Positions 1-10,446 of a stretch of 64,000 nucleotides of DNA are shown here, piece after piece. The DNA lies in the IMG/VR virus record IMGVR_UViG_3300030328_002122, positions 32,001 to 96,000 of that record. One strand, given 5' to 3'. Source of the stretch: a virus. A program made the position numbers and the translations under genes. A model generated the notes under the pieces. That model was not told where the DNA came from. It saw only the letters and a list, made by a program, of their open reading frames with translations, and searched no databases. How positions within the stretch are numbered: position 1 is the stretch's first letter; each line of letters begins with the position of its first letter.

Positions 1-2856
1 CTTATCAGAAGGCCTTGGTCATTTTGGTCTAATACTAGTCACACCACAACTTTGAGTCAAGCAGGACATACTTCATATCATTCTTCTGGTACTAGTGGAA
101 CTACATATATGGCAGTAAATAGTCAAGGATTTAAAGGTACAGGTGCTATACACTCAACTAATTCTTTAATCAGCAACAATGCTGGTTATTTCTATATAGC
201 AATACGAGATTCAGAATATACTTGGAGTAATACAAGTACTAATAAAGGTTTTTATTTTTGGGGTAATACTAAAAGAGAAAAAACTATAGATCTTACACCA
301 CCTTATACTAATAGATTGGATTATTCTGATAATCAAGTTATAGATACAGTAAGAGCTAATCATCAACAAACAGGAATTGTAGGTTCAGATAATAGTAATC
401 ATCCAGATCAACTTAGATATGCATATGGTAGTTTTCAAGGAAGTTATGGTTCTCATGGTAAAGCACAAGATAGCGGAATGAGATATTTTGATAGAACTAA
501 AGTTGGAATACATCCAGTAACACCAACATCTTCTGATAGTGGAAAATATTTTATTTGGGGAATGAAAGCACATCCAAAGTTTTTTGATATTGTAGAGTGG
601 ACAGGCGATGGAACTACTAATAGACAAATTTCACATAATTTACAATCTGTGCCTGCAATGATTATACTAAGTGAAGTAGTAATGGGCACTGAGGTATATC
701 CAAGAGTGTGGCATAAAGATCTTCCAAATTCAATGGGATTTTTAGATACGAAAGATCAATTTCAACCAAACACTTACAGTAATTGGGGTAATCAACACGA
801 TACTGCACATCCTTATAGAGTCTTTGGTGGAACTAGTAGTGCTTCTGGTGTTGCAACTCCGACAAGTACATATTTTACTGTTTCTCACGCTGATAGTGCC
901 TATAGTGGTGTTACAAAAAGAGCTGGTAATAATAATGGAATAAAATATTATGCATATTTGTTTGCAGACCAAAAAACTACAGGGAATATTGCAGTAGGAA
1001 CATATACTGGAAATGGCTGGTCAACTGCACAAACTGGTTCTATATATCACGAAAGACCAGCATCTAATCTTGCATCTGCATATGGGCCCAGTATATACGA
1101 TAGTGGTGTATTTGTTGATTTGGGTTGGGAGCCTCAATGGGTAATGATGAAAAATATGTCCAGATATCAAACAAGTTGGACTATGTTTGATACAACAAGA
1201 GGTTGGGATTGGAATATAGGTGAGAGTTATGATGCAACTTCTCAATATGGAGATAATTCTCCTCACAATGCAGGTCAGCATACTATTCACAATAGAGGTC
1301 AATCTCATGTAAGTGCAGATGTCGGTCATCCTATGACGAAAGGGTTTGAAGTAAGAGGACTAGGAAATGGTAGTGGCAGTGTTGCTGGAAGTGGGCCTGG
1401 TGGTATTGTTTCTGGTGTATGTCTTGGATCAAGTTGCAGTGGAACGGCAAACAGTTATAATTGGAATGTTGCTGGTGATACTTATTTGTATGTAGCTGTT
1501 CGTAGAGATGAAATAACTCCAACTGAAGGAAAACAAGTCTATGCTATTTCCAGAGCAAAAAATAAAATTAATGGACATGGTGATCAATTTAGTTTTGGAT
1601 CTAATATTAATGCTGTTTCTCATTTAGGTGCGCCTGCTTTAGGCCCCATCTCATCTACTTCAACATATAATGACCATAAAAATCCTGTTTTATTTAAACC
1701 AGATCTAGCAATAGTTAATGATGCAAATAGTAATAGTAGTTCTTATAACATGATGAGAATTATGACAAGAGGTTGGGGTACATATGCTCCATCAACTACT
1801 ACTCAAACCAATAATGATACTCGTATAGCATCAGATCTGTGGCCACAGAGTAGTAAACAAGGTTATAATCCTTTTAGTAAATCCTCTGGTTTTGGTATTA
1901 CTTATCCAGATACTAGAGGAACATGGAATAATGGTAGTACAGCTGCAGATCCAAAAATATATACTCATATGTTTAAAAGAGCAAGAGGTTTTATGGATAT
2001 CATTCATTATCGTGGAAGTGGTACGAGTATGACAAAACCTCATGCATTGGGTGTAGCTCCAGAAATGTTAATATTTAATATGGCAAGATTTGATACTTAT
2101 GCTAGTAGTAGTTATGATAGTCTACATACTGGTTGGGAAATTTATCATAAAGATATGACACCAGCTGGTTCTGGTGATTGGACTACTATGAAAATGATGT
2201 TTGGATTAGGAACTGGAACACATACAACAGATACCAATGGACAGGGAACATATAGAGCAGATGATTCAATGACAAACACAAGTACACCAAATTATGTTGG
2301 AGATGGAACTATTGGTGTTGGATCTACTGATGATGCATCTGGTAGTCATTTTTCGGCTGGTGCTATTTCAGTATCATCTACAGATATAACACTTGGTGGT
2401 GGTAAATCAGCTAATTGTGGTGGTAGTGATCCTTATTATCATCAATGTATAATGTTTGCAAGTTCGCCTGGTGTAAGTAAAGTTGGATATTATCTTGGAA
2501 CTGGTACAAGCACTGTAAATGTTAATTGTGGATTTTCTAGTGGTGCAAGATTCATATTAATTAAAAGAGAAGATGATAAAGGGCCTTGGGTAGTACTTGA
2601 GGGTGGAGATGGTCATCAAGTTTCTGGTGGTTATTACCAATCAAATATTAGGTCTGGTACTGACCATGTAACATTTTTAAATAGAAAAGATGTAGTTCCA
2701 TCTGCATCTGGTAGAGATTATGTACACCCATATGCAAATGGTTTTGGAGTATTAGCAAATTCATACACAAATGGATCATCACAAAGTGCTCCCAATTTAG
2801 GTGGTGTTCCAATCAATATAAATGGTGCAAGATATATTTTTCTGGCGATTGCATAG
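1..2856 (+). CDS. Virion structural/fibre-like protein, 5'-truncated (frame open from base 1); Gly/Ser/Thr-rich with duplicated FDI..(W/Y).G.G repeat unit
   Basis: No stop between base 1 and 52 in this frame. Repeats FFDIVEWTGDG / FMDIIHYRGSG and GWEPQWVMMK / GARFILIKR resemble marine phage fibre repeats. Lies in the fibre gene cluster. Confidence 0.65.
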   Translation, partial: LIRRPWSFWSNTSHTTTLSQAGHTSYHSSGTSGTTYMAVNSQGFKGTGAIHSTNSLISNNAGYFYIAIRDSEYTWSNTSTNKGFYFWGNTKREKTIDLTPPYTNRLDYSDNQVIDTVRANHQQTGIVGSDNSNHPDQLRYAYGSFQGSYGSHGKAQDSGMRYFDRTKVGIHPVTPTSSDSGKYFIWGMKAHPKFFDIVEWTGDGTTNRQISHNLQSVPAMIILSEVVMGTEVYPRVWHKDLPNSMGFLDTKDQFQPNTYSNWGNQHDTAHPYRVFGGTSSASGVATPTSTYFTVSHADSAYSGVTKRAGNNNGIKYYAYLFADQKTTGNIAVGTYTGNGWSTAQTGSIYHERPASNLASAYGPSIYDSGVFVDLGWEPQWVMMKNMSRYQTSWTMFDTTRGWDWNIGESYDATSQYGDNSPHNAGQHTIHNRGQSHVSADVGHPMTKGFEVRGLGNGSGSVAGSGPGGIVSGVCLGSSCSGTANSYNWNVAGDTYLYVAVRRDEITPTEGKQVYAISRAKNKINGHGDQFSFGSNINAVSHLGAPALGPISSTSTYNDHKNPVLFKPDLAIVNDANSNSSSYNMMRIMTRGWGTYAPSTTTQTNNDTRIASDLWPQSSKQGYNPFSKSSGFGITYPDTRGTWNNGSTAADPKIYTHMFKRARGFMDIIHYRGSGTSMTKPHALGVAPEMLIFNMARFDTYASSSYDSLHTGWEIYHKDMTPAGSGDWTTMKMMFGLGTGTHTTDTNGQGTYRADDSMTNTSTPNYVGDGTIGVGSTDDASGSHFSAGAISVSSTDITLGGGKSANCGGSDPYYHQCIMFASSPGVSKVGYYLGTGTSTVNVNCGFSSGARFILIKREDDKGPWVVLEGGDGHQVSGGYYQSNIRSGTDHVTFLNRKDVVPSASGRDYVHPYANGFGVLANSYTNGSSQSAPNLGGVPININGARYIFLAIA

Positions 2857-2869
2857 AGGGTTTAAACAT

Positions 2870-2877
2870 TATAAATA
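2870..2877 (+). promoter_or_regulatory. T4-type late promoter TATAAATA
   Basis: Exact gp55 consensus in the intergenic gap, followed by an AAGGAG RBS. Confidence 0.8.
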
Positions 2878-2902
2878 GAAGTAGAAGGAGTCTTTTTGTT
2901 TT

Positions 2903-3241
2903 ATGGCGACAGTATCAAATATATTTATAGATCAAGGTGCAACATTTACAACAACAATAAGTGTTGCAGATGGAAATGGAGTATCTTTAGATTTGACAGG
3001 ATATTCTGGAATTGCTCAATTACGAAAAACGTATGAGTCAACAACTTCAGTAGGTTTTAATGTATCATTTGAAACGCCTAGAACAAACGGACAAGTAACA
3101 ATTTCGTTAACTGATGCACAGACATCTGCACTTGAATCTGGCAAATATGTTTATGATGTTAATTTGACACTGCCAGGTGGAACAAAAACAAGAGTAGTCG
3201 AAGGGGTTGCAAGTGTCAATCCAAGTGTATCAAGGGCATAA
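2903..3241 (+). CDS. Small virion structural protein (baseplate/fibre-associated beta-sandwich)
   Basis: NIFIDQGATF...DLTGY...YVYDV...RVVEG pattern typical of marine T4-like structural proteins; late promoter and RBS upstream. Confidence 0.65.
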   Translation: MATVSNIFIDQGATFTTTISVADGNGVSLDLTGYSGIAQLRKTYESTTSVGFNVSFETPRTNGQVTISLTDAQTSALESGKYVYDVNLTLPGGTKTRVVEGVASVNPSVSRA

Positions 3242-3253
3242 TAGGAGTTAAAT

Positions 3254-3496
3254 ATGGCAATCGTTACAAACCAACCACAAGTAATTCGTGTTACTGTTCC
3301 AGGCCCCCAAGGCCCATCTGCTGGTGCAGCTGCGGCTGCTACTATTAGTTTAAATGATATTAGTAATGTTGATGTTACAACTGTAGGGTTGCAAAATGGA
3401 GCAATATTACAGTATAATAGTACAACAGAAAAATGGACAGCAAGAAATGAATTAGATACCACAGCAGATATTACACTTAATTCTGGAAGTTTTTAG
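3254..3496 (+). CDS. Small fibre-associated protein
   Basis: AGGAG RBS; GPQGP, LNDISNVD..NGAILQYN...KW fibre-type motifs; C-terminal LNSGSF parallels LDGGTF of the next gene. Confidence 0.6.
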   Translation: MAIVTNQPQVIRVTVPGPQGPSAGAAAAATISLNDISNVDVTTVGLQNGAILQYNSTTEKWTARNELDTTADITLNSGSF

Positions 3497-3510
3497 AGAG
3501 GATATAAAAA

Positions 3511-4920
3511 ATGGCAATTACACTCCAAATAAAGAGGTCTACAGCTACCTCAGCGCCTTCATCATTATCAGATGGTGAATTGGCGTATACGCATGGAGCT
3601 GGAACACAAGCAAACTTAGGAAAAAGAGCATTTATAGGCGATTCTTCTAATAACGTAACAGTTATTGGTGGACAATACTTTACTGATATGATGGATCATG
3701 TTCATGGAACATTAACAGCAAATTCTGCTGTTATTGTTGATAGTAGCAAAAGAATAGATGACTTACTAGTTGGTATAAACTCCACAACTGGTGGTTCAAT
3801 TAAATTAAATGAAGGTACTAATAATGGCAATCATTATCTTGAACTTAAAGGGCCTAATGCTTTAGGTTCTAATTTAACATTTACCTTGCCCTCTAGTGAT
3901 GGAAGTGCAAATGGTGTTATGTCAACTAATGGTTCTGGTGCATTATCTTTCATGTCTTTTGATACAGCTGATTTTACAATCAATGGTAGTACAATAGAAC
4001 TTAGACAAAACCCAAGTGCATTTACTGCTATAACTGTAGATAATATTAAAATAGGTGATGCAGATTCGCAGACAATATCAACTTCATCTGGAAATTTAAT
4101 ATTAAATCCAGCTGGTGAAATAAATGCATCTAGTAATAGAATCTTAAATGTTGCAGCTCCACAAGATGCAACTGATGCTGCTAATAAAGAGTATGTAGAT
4201 GGACAACTTCAAGGATTGGATATTAAAGATTCTGTAAGAGTTGCTACATCATCTGGTACTAATATTACTCTTGGAAGTGGAGCTGCAAATGGTTCAACTA
4301 TAGATGGAGTAAGTGTTGCAACTGGAGATAGAATACTTTTAAAACATCAATCAACTGGATCAGAAAATGGTATCTATACAGTAAATGCAAGTGGAGCTCC
4401 AACAAGAGCAACTGACTTTGATAGTAGTGCTGATGTTAGTGCTGGTGCATTTGTATTTGTAGAAGAAGGTAATAATGCTGATCAAGGATTTGTTTTGACA
4501 AATAATGGTACAATTACTATAGGATCAACAGCATTAACATTTACACAATTTTCTGGTGCTGGTAATGTTGTTGCTGGTGCTGGTATGACCAAAACTGGAT
4601 CAACACTTGATGTTGTTGGAACGTCTGCAAGAATTTCTGTAGCTGCTAATTCAATTGATATTGATGCAAATTATGTTGGTCAAACATCCATTACAACTTT
4701 AGGAACAATTGCAACTGGTACTTGGAATGCAACTGCAATTGCAGCCACAAAGGGTGGTACAGGATTGACTACAATACCAAAAGGTTCTCTTTTGGTTGCG
4801 AATACAGCAGATACTTTAACTGCATTAGATGGTGGTGGAACTTCTGACAAACTTGCAATATATGACTATAGTAATGATACATGGGGAGTTTCTAATTCCC
4901 TTGATGGTGGAACATTCTAA
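3511..4920 (+). CDS. Tail fibre-like protein
   Basis: N-terminal LQIKRS..P..L.DGELAY motif; DAANKEYVD and IDGVSVATGDRILLKHQ..SENGIY fibre domain; GAGG RBS. Confidence 0.7.
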   Translation: MAITLQIKRSTATSAPSSLSDGELAYTHGAGTQANLGKRAFIGDSSNNVTVIGGQYFTDMMDHVHGTLTANSAVIVDSSKRIDDLLVGINSTTGGSIKLNEGTNNGNHYLELKGPNALGSNLTFTLPSSDGSANGVMSTNGSGALSFMSFDTADFTINGSTIELRQNPSAFTAITVDNIKIGDADSQTISTSSGNLILNPAGEINASSNRILNVAAPQDATDAANKEYVDGQLQGLDIKDSVRVATSSGTNITLGSGAANGSTIDGVSVATGDRILLKHQSTGSENGIYTVNASGAPTRATDFDSSADVSAGAFVFVEEGNNADQGFVLTNNGTITIGSTALTFTQFSGAGNVVAGAGMTKTGSTLDVVGTSARISVAANSIDIDANYVGQTSITTLGTIATGTWNATAIAATKGGTGLTTIPKGSLLVANTADTLTALDGGGTSDKLAIYDYSNDTWGVSNSLDGGTF

Positions 4921-4944
4921 ATAGTCATATAGGAGATATGCCTA

Positions 4945-6759
4945 ATGGCTATTGATGTAAAACTAAAAAGGTCACATACCCACTCAACCATACCAACAAC
5001 ATCTAATTTGGTTGAGGGTGAAGTTGCTATCAACACGCATGACCGAAAAATGTATATGCGTGATGGAAGTAGTGCTGTTGTTACTATTTCAGATCACTAT
5101 GCAACAGCGTTTGAATCATCTGCCCAAACCCTATATGTAACAGTTGCAACTTCAACAGCTGCACATCCATATCATGGCACAGGTTCTAGTAACAAATATA
5201 AAATTAATGGTGTATTTTCTCCATTTTTAAAATTAATTCCAAAAAATACTTATAAGTTTGATCAATCTAATTCAAGTAACTCTGGTCATCCTTTTAGGTT
5301 TTATTTGGATGCTGCTAAAACTACTGCATATACTACAGGCGTTACAACAAGTGGAACGCCAGGAAATGCTGGTGCATATACACAAATTGTAGTAGCAGAA
5401 AATGCTCCTTCTGTTTTATATTATCAATGTTCTGCACATGGATATATGGGTTGGGCTGCGACCACCAATACAATTGGTACTACAGATACAATAACCGAAG
5501 GTTCAACTAATTTATATCATACAACTGCTAGAGTTCAAGCGATTTCTATTAATAATGTTGCAGAAGATTCTTCTCCACAGTTAGGTGGTAGTCTTGATGT
5601 AGTAACACATAAAATTGTTTCGACAACAAATAGAAATATTGATATTGAACCACATGGAACTGGTAATGTATTATTAGGAAACTTTACATTTAACGCAGAT
5701 CAAAGTGTGGGTTCTGGTCAAGACAATCATGTTCTGACATATGATCATTCAGCAGGAACTATTGGTTTAGAAGCATCATCTGGTGGTGGCGGTTCTGCGA
5801 TAACAATAAAAGAAGAAGGTAGTGCGTTAGCAACAGCTGCAAGTTCAATCAACTTTGTAGGTTCTGCTGTAACTGCATCTGGAACTGGTGTAGATAAAAC
5901 AATTACTATTTCTAATCCTACTTATCAAGTTACAAATACTGTTAGAGAAACATTTACAGGCAATGGATCTGCAACTGCATTTACATTATCAAATCTTTTT
6001 ACAACTGATGGTGCTGTTGTATTTTATAATGGTCAACATTTAACACCAACTACAGATTATACTATAAGTGGTCAAACATTAACATTTACATTTACACCTG
6101 TTAACGCTTCAGAAATTGTTGTAAGAAGTATAGGTGTTGGTAGAATAAAATTAGATAAATTTACTGCAAATGGATCTACAACTGCATTTACATTAACAAA
6201 TTCTTATGTAAATATAGATCAATTTATGGTCTTTTCAAATGGTAGTTTACTAGTACCAACTACTGACTATACATTTAATACTGGAACGAGTGTTTTAACT
6301 TTCACTTATACACCAGCAAATAATGACGAGATTAATGTAAGAGGTGTTACTGAAAATAATGCAGTAGTAGGAAATAGATATACTTATGTTGCAACTGCTA
6401 ATCAAACTGCATTTACTGGTGCAGATGCAGCTTCGCAAACTCTTTCTTTTCTTGCAGATAATGTAGAAGTATTTTTAAATGGTTCTAAACTAAATAAACA
6501 ACAAGGAGATTTTACTGTATCTGGTGGTACTACTATAACCCTTCCAACTGGAGCAGCTGTAAATGATATATTAGAAGTCCTTGTTTTTGAAAATTATGCA
6601 GTTGCAAACGCACTATCAATAAGTAATAATTTAAGTGATTTAAATAATGCTGCTACTGCAAGAACAAATTTAGATGTAATAAGTTTGACTACACTAAAAT
6701 CAGAAGTTGCAGCTTCAGCAGATTTTGCAGCTTTTAAAGCAAGAATAGCCGCATTATAA
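4945..6759 (+). CDS. Fibre/baseplate-associated protein with cupredoxin-like domain and FTGNGS.TAFTL repeats
   Basis: N-terminal VKLKRS..P...L.EGEVAIN; GHPF...YYQCSAHGYMG; tandem F.xNGS.TAFTL...NG..L.PTTDYT repeats. Confidence 0.65.
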   Translation: MAIDVKLKRSHTHSTIPTTSNLVEGEVAINTHDRKMYMRDGSSAVVTISDHYATAFESSAQTLYVTVATSTAAHPYHGTGSSNKYKINGVFSPFLKLIPKNTYKFDQSNSSNSGHPFRFYLDAAKTTAYTTGVTTSGTPGNAGAYTQIVVAENAPSVLYYQCSAHGYMGWAATTNTIGTTDTITEGSTNLYHTTARVQAISINNVAEDSSPQLGGSLDVVTHKIVSTTNRNIDIEPHGTGNVLLGNFTFNADQSVGSGQDNHVLTYDHSAGTIGLEASSGGGGSAITIKEEGSALATAASSINFVGSAVTASGTGVDKTITISNPTYQVTNTVRETFTGNGSATAFTLSNLFTTDGAVVFYNGQHLTPTTDYTISGQTLTFTFTPVNASEIVVRSIGVGRIKLDKFTANGSTTAFTLTNSYVNIDQFMVFSNGSLLVPTTDYTFNTGTSVLTFTYTPANNDEINVRGVTENNAVVGNRYTYVATANQTAFTGADAASQTLSFLADNVEVFLNGSKLNKQQGDFTVSGGTTITLPTGAAVNDILEVLVFENYAVANALSISNNLSDLNNAATARTNLDVISLTTLKSEVAASADFAAFKARIAAL

Positions 6760-6772
6760 AGGGATAAAACAT

Positions 6773-9607
6773 ATGTCAAGAGCTAGAGATAGAGCAGATA
6801 GAGGTGGAACATCGCCAGTTAAAATTGGTACTACTCAATTAAATACTGATTCTGGTGATTTAAAAGTAACTGATACGTCTAACAATCTTAAAAAAGTTGT
6901 AGCAGATGAAATTCATATTGGAGATTCTAGCAATAAAGTTATTATAAAAAAGGGAAGTGATCACAAAGTAGCATTTCAGACTCAAGCATCTGGTTCATCA
7001 GCTGCTGATAGTACTGCTGGTGGTGTTCAAGTTTTTGCAAATGTAACTGCTATGTCTGCAGCTGCAGGAAATAATGGTGACTTGGGATATGTTACTGCAA
7101 CAAAAAAACTTTATGTCAATAATGGCGGTGGTTGGTATGCTTTTACTCCTGCTGTAAATACATCTCCTGTCATATCTTCTCCTTCATCTGGTGCTAATAT
7201 AGTTCTAGGAACTGATGGAACAGCAACTACAATTGAAATAACAGCAACTGATGCAGACGAGGGCACTGTTTTGCAATATTCATATGCTGTAACAACTGGA
7301 TCACTTACAAATGGAGGCGGAGCATCTGCAACTATAACAACAAGTGCAACATCTGGTGGAACTTATAGTGCATTAGCAGCTAGTACAAATACAACAAATA
7401 GATTTTTTAAAGTGACGCCTACCACAAATAGCTCTCATGGTGGTACTTTTACCCTCACGTTTTCGGCTTCTGATACCATCAATGCCGCAACAACTGTACA
7501 AAACTTTTCTCTGACTTTCGCAACGTATGGTGGAATGTTTCATAAAACAAGCAATAGAGGGTTAACTATATCGGCTTCAAATGATCTGGATATTAATGAT
7601 GGCGCTTTCACAATGGAATTTTGGTATTGGGGTGATCCTAATGGTAATACATATAGTGTTTGCCAAACAGGGCCTGGAGATGGTAATACTATTGCGAAAG
7701 GTTTTGACATTTACCATGCTGGTCAATATATGGGTATTTTCTGGCGTAGTGGTAGTTCAAACCTAGCCGAAAGATATACAACTGGTGTATATGATAGAAC
7801 ATGGAATCATTGTGCTGTTGTTAGAGATAGTAGTGGAAATGCTACTCTTTATGTAAATGGCGCTGCTTGTGGTACTGCTGTTGATATAACTTCTATAGGT
7901 AGTACGGCTACGTTAGATTGGTATTTGGGTTGGAATGGACAGAACGCAAATGCTGGTAATAGAGGATATATGAGTAATTTTAGATTTGTTAAAGGTACAG
8001 CTGTATATACTTCTAATTTTGTTCCATCATTTAATTTAGATGCTGTTGCAAACACTACAATGCTTACCCTTAATAATACAACATTAGCAGATGCCAGTTC
8101 TGAAAGTAATACTTCTCTACTATCCTTTGGAACTAATGCTTCAATAGTGCCATATGGATACCCTCACTCTGGTGCTGCTTATCACGATCAAGTTGGTGGT
8201 GGATATACTTACACGGCAGAAGATCTTGGAACAGGTTCTTGGACTGTAGAATTTTGGATTAATTGCCAGTCCGCTTATTATGATAGAGCTTTATACCAAC
8301 ACGGCGGAGATGCTGGTAGTTGGGGCATTTATCTTAAAGGTAATACCTCTTCAGCTTCTGCTAGCAAAGGAAATATTGTAGTGTACGAAAAGGCTTCCAG
8401 CGGAAATCCCACTCAAACTATTCTTGCTACCTCGACAAATAGAGTCTGGCATATGGATGATTCAGGCACTACTCTTTATGATCCGCCTCCTGCCCATCAT
8501 GCTGGTCTTCCAGAAGTATGGAATCACGTTGCTGTAACTTTCACTGATTCAACCAATACTGGTCAGATCTGGATTGATGGTAAGCCTGATGCCACCTTCA
8601 CGAAATCCTCTGCTTGGACTTTTACTGAAACAACAGGAAGGATTATTGGAGATAACGTCACAGGCTCTGGTAGTGGCTATAATAGTACTGGAAGAATTTA
8701 TGCTGGAATGATGCAAGATTTTAGATTAGTTAAAGGTTCTGTAGTCTATGCCACTCCTGCTGGTCACAATTCTGGTAATAGTACATATTTTGATGGTACT
8801 GGTGATTATGCACAAGTTCCAAATAACGCTCGTTTTAGTATGGGTACTGGTGATTTTACAGTAGAAGGTTGGGTATATCCTTATGATACTACCCATAATG
8901 AAGGTTATTTTATTGTAGGTGGTTCAGCTGGTGGTGGTTGGAACTCTTCAAATTACGGATCTTCACTATCATTATTACGAGGTTATGGTGATGGTGGAAA
9001 TTTAGGATTTTATGGCAATGGAAGCGAACGCAACCTAGATACTGCTGTTAACCCAGCAATTAATACTTGGTTTCATTTTGCTTTTGTCAGAATTTCTGGC
9101 ACTTTAAAAATCTATATTGATGGTGTTCAAAAACATTCTGTGAGTGATACGACCAATTATTCAGGCACTAGTTTGATACTTGGTTCAGTATATGATGTAA
9201 ACCAAGCAGCACATTTTAATATGTCTAATTTCAGAGTAGTTAAGGGTACAGGAGTTTATACAAGTGCTTTTAGTGTACCAACTGCACCATTGACTGACGT
9301 TTCTGGAACATCAATATTATGTTGCCAGACTTCATCAGGAACTACAGCTGACAATAGTTCACATTCTCAAACATTTACCCATCATGGGAATACAACTACC
9401 AGTACTAAAGGGCCTTGGGATTATACGGCTACCACACCTACAGATAAGTTAACTGCTATTTCTGGAACTAGTATATTGACTTGTCGAACAGTTGCAGGAG
9501 CAAAACCAGGCAGTGCTACTACTCTAATTGATGAAAGTAGTCATAATAGAACTATTACTAGACATGGTAGTCGATATTATGCAGTTGCGAATAGACCATG
9601 GCAATAA
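6773..9607 (+). CDS. LamG/concanavalin-like multi-module fibre (adhesin) protein, paralog 1
   Basis: Three FT.E.W...W.H.A...LY..G...FR.VKG modules; N-terminal RDRA.R.G anchor shared with genes at 53262, 56174 and 60356. Confidence 0.75.
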   Translation: MSRARDRADRGGTSPVKIGTTQLNTDSGDLKVTDTSNNLKKVVADEIHIGDSSNKVIIKKGSDHKVAFQTQASGSSAADSTAGGVQVFANVTAMSAAAGNNGDLGYVTATKKLYVNNGGGWYAFTPAVNTSPVISSPSSGANIVLGTDGTATTIEITATDADEGTVLQYSYAVTTGSLTNGGGASATITTSATSGGTYSALAASTNTTNRFFKVTPTTNSSHGGTFTLTFSASDTINAATTVQNFSLTFATYGGMFHKTSNRGLTISASNDLDINDGAFTMEFWYWGDPNGNTYSVCQTGPGDGNTIAKGFDIYHAGQYMGIFWRSGSSNLAERYTTGVYDRTWNHCAVVRDSSGNATLYVNGAACGTAVDITSIGSTATLDWYLGWNGQNANAGNRGYMSNFRFVKGTAVYTSNFVPSFNLDAVANTTMLTLNNTTLADASSESNTSLLSFGTNASIVPYGYPHSGAAYHDQVGGGYTYTAEDLGTGSWTVEFWINCQSAYYDRALYQHGGDAGSWGIYLKGNTSSASASKGNIVVYEKASSGNPTQTILATSTNRVWHMDDSGTTLYDPPPAHHAGLPEVWNHVAVTFTDSTNTGQIWIDGKPDATFTKSSAWTFTETTGRIIGDNVTGSGSGYNSTGRIYAGMMQDFRLVKGSVVYATPAGHNSGNSTYFDGTGDYAQVPNNARFSMGTGDFTVEGWVYPYDTTHNEGYFIVGGSAGGGWNSSNYGSSLSLLRGYGDGGNLGFYGNGSERNLDTAVNPAINTWFHFAFVRISGTLKIYIDGVQKHSVSDTTNYSGTSLILGSVYDVNQAAHFNMSNFRVVKGTGVYTSAFSVPTAPLTDVSGTSILCCQTSSGTTADNSSHSQTFTHHGNTTTSTKGPWDYTATTPTDKLTAISGTSILTCRTVAGAKPGSATTLIDESSHNRTITRHGSRYYAVANRPWQ

Positions 9608-9627
9608 TTTTAAACTAGGATAAAAAA

Positions 9628-10443
9628 ATGGCAACACCAACAACAAGAACAACATTTAAGGATTATTGTCTTAGAAGTCTAGGAAAACCTGTAATTGAAA
9701 TTAATGTTGATCCAGACCAAGTAGAAGATAGAATAGATGAAGCATTACAATACTTCTCTCAATATCACTATGATGGTGTTGAAAGAATGTATCTTAAATA
9801 TCAAGTTACAGAAGCTGATATAACAAGAGCAAGAAGTGATAATTCTTTGGCACAAGTAACAGATGTTGATGGTTCAACAACTGCAACTTGGAAAGAACAA
9901 AAGAACTATATTCCAGTTCCTTCTAGTATTATGTCAATTATACAAGTTTTCCCATTTACTGATAAAACTGCAATGAATATGTTTGATTTAAAATATCAAC
10001 TTAGACTTAATGATTTATATGATTTTAGTTCTACATCTATTATACACTATGAAATGACAATGAAACATTTAGATTTTATAGATCATGTTTTAACTGGCGA
10101 AGTTCCTATAAGACATAATCAACACCAAAATAGATTATATCTAGATATGGATTTTGAAACAGATATTTCAGCTGATGAGTATATTATTATAGAGTGTTAT
10201 CGTAAACTAGATCCAGCAACATATTCTGATATATGGAATGATATATTTTTAAAAAAATATGCAACACAACTAATTAAAAGACAATGGGGTTCAAACTTAT
10301 CTAAGTTTCAAGGTGTGCAAATGTTAGGTGGTGTAACTATGAATGGTGAACAAATATATACTCAAGCACAAGAAGAATTAAATAAGTTAGAAGAACAAAT
10401 ACAACTTGCATTTGAATTACCCCCAACATATATGGTAGGATAA
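9628..10443 (+). CDS. gp13: Neck protein gp13
   Basis: YCLRSLGKPVIEINVD.DQVEDRIDEALQYF...KRQWGSNLSKF; T4 synteny. Confidence 0.92.
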   Translation: MATPTTRTTFKDYCLRSLGKPVIEINVDPDQVEDRIDEALQYFSQYHYDGVERMYLKYQVTEADITRARSDNSLAQVTDVDGSTTATWKEQKNYIPVPSSIMSIIQVFPFTDKTAMNMFDLKYQLRLNDLYDFSSTSIIHYEMTMKHLDFIDHVLTGEVPIRHNQHQNRLYLDMDFETDISADEYIIIECYRKLDPATYSDIWNDIFLKKYATQLIKRQWGSNLSKFQGVQMLGGVTMNGEQIYTQAQEELNKLEEQIQLAFELPPTYMVG

Positions 10444-10446
10444 ACT

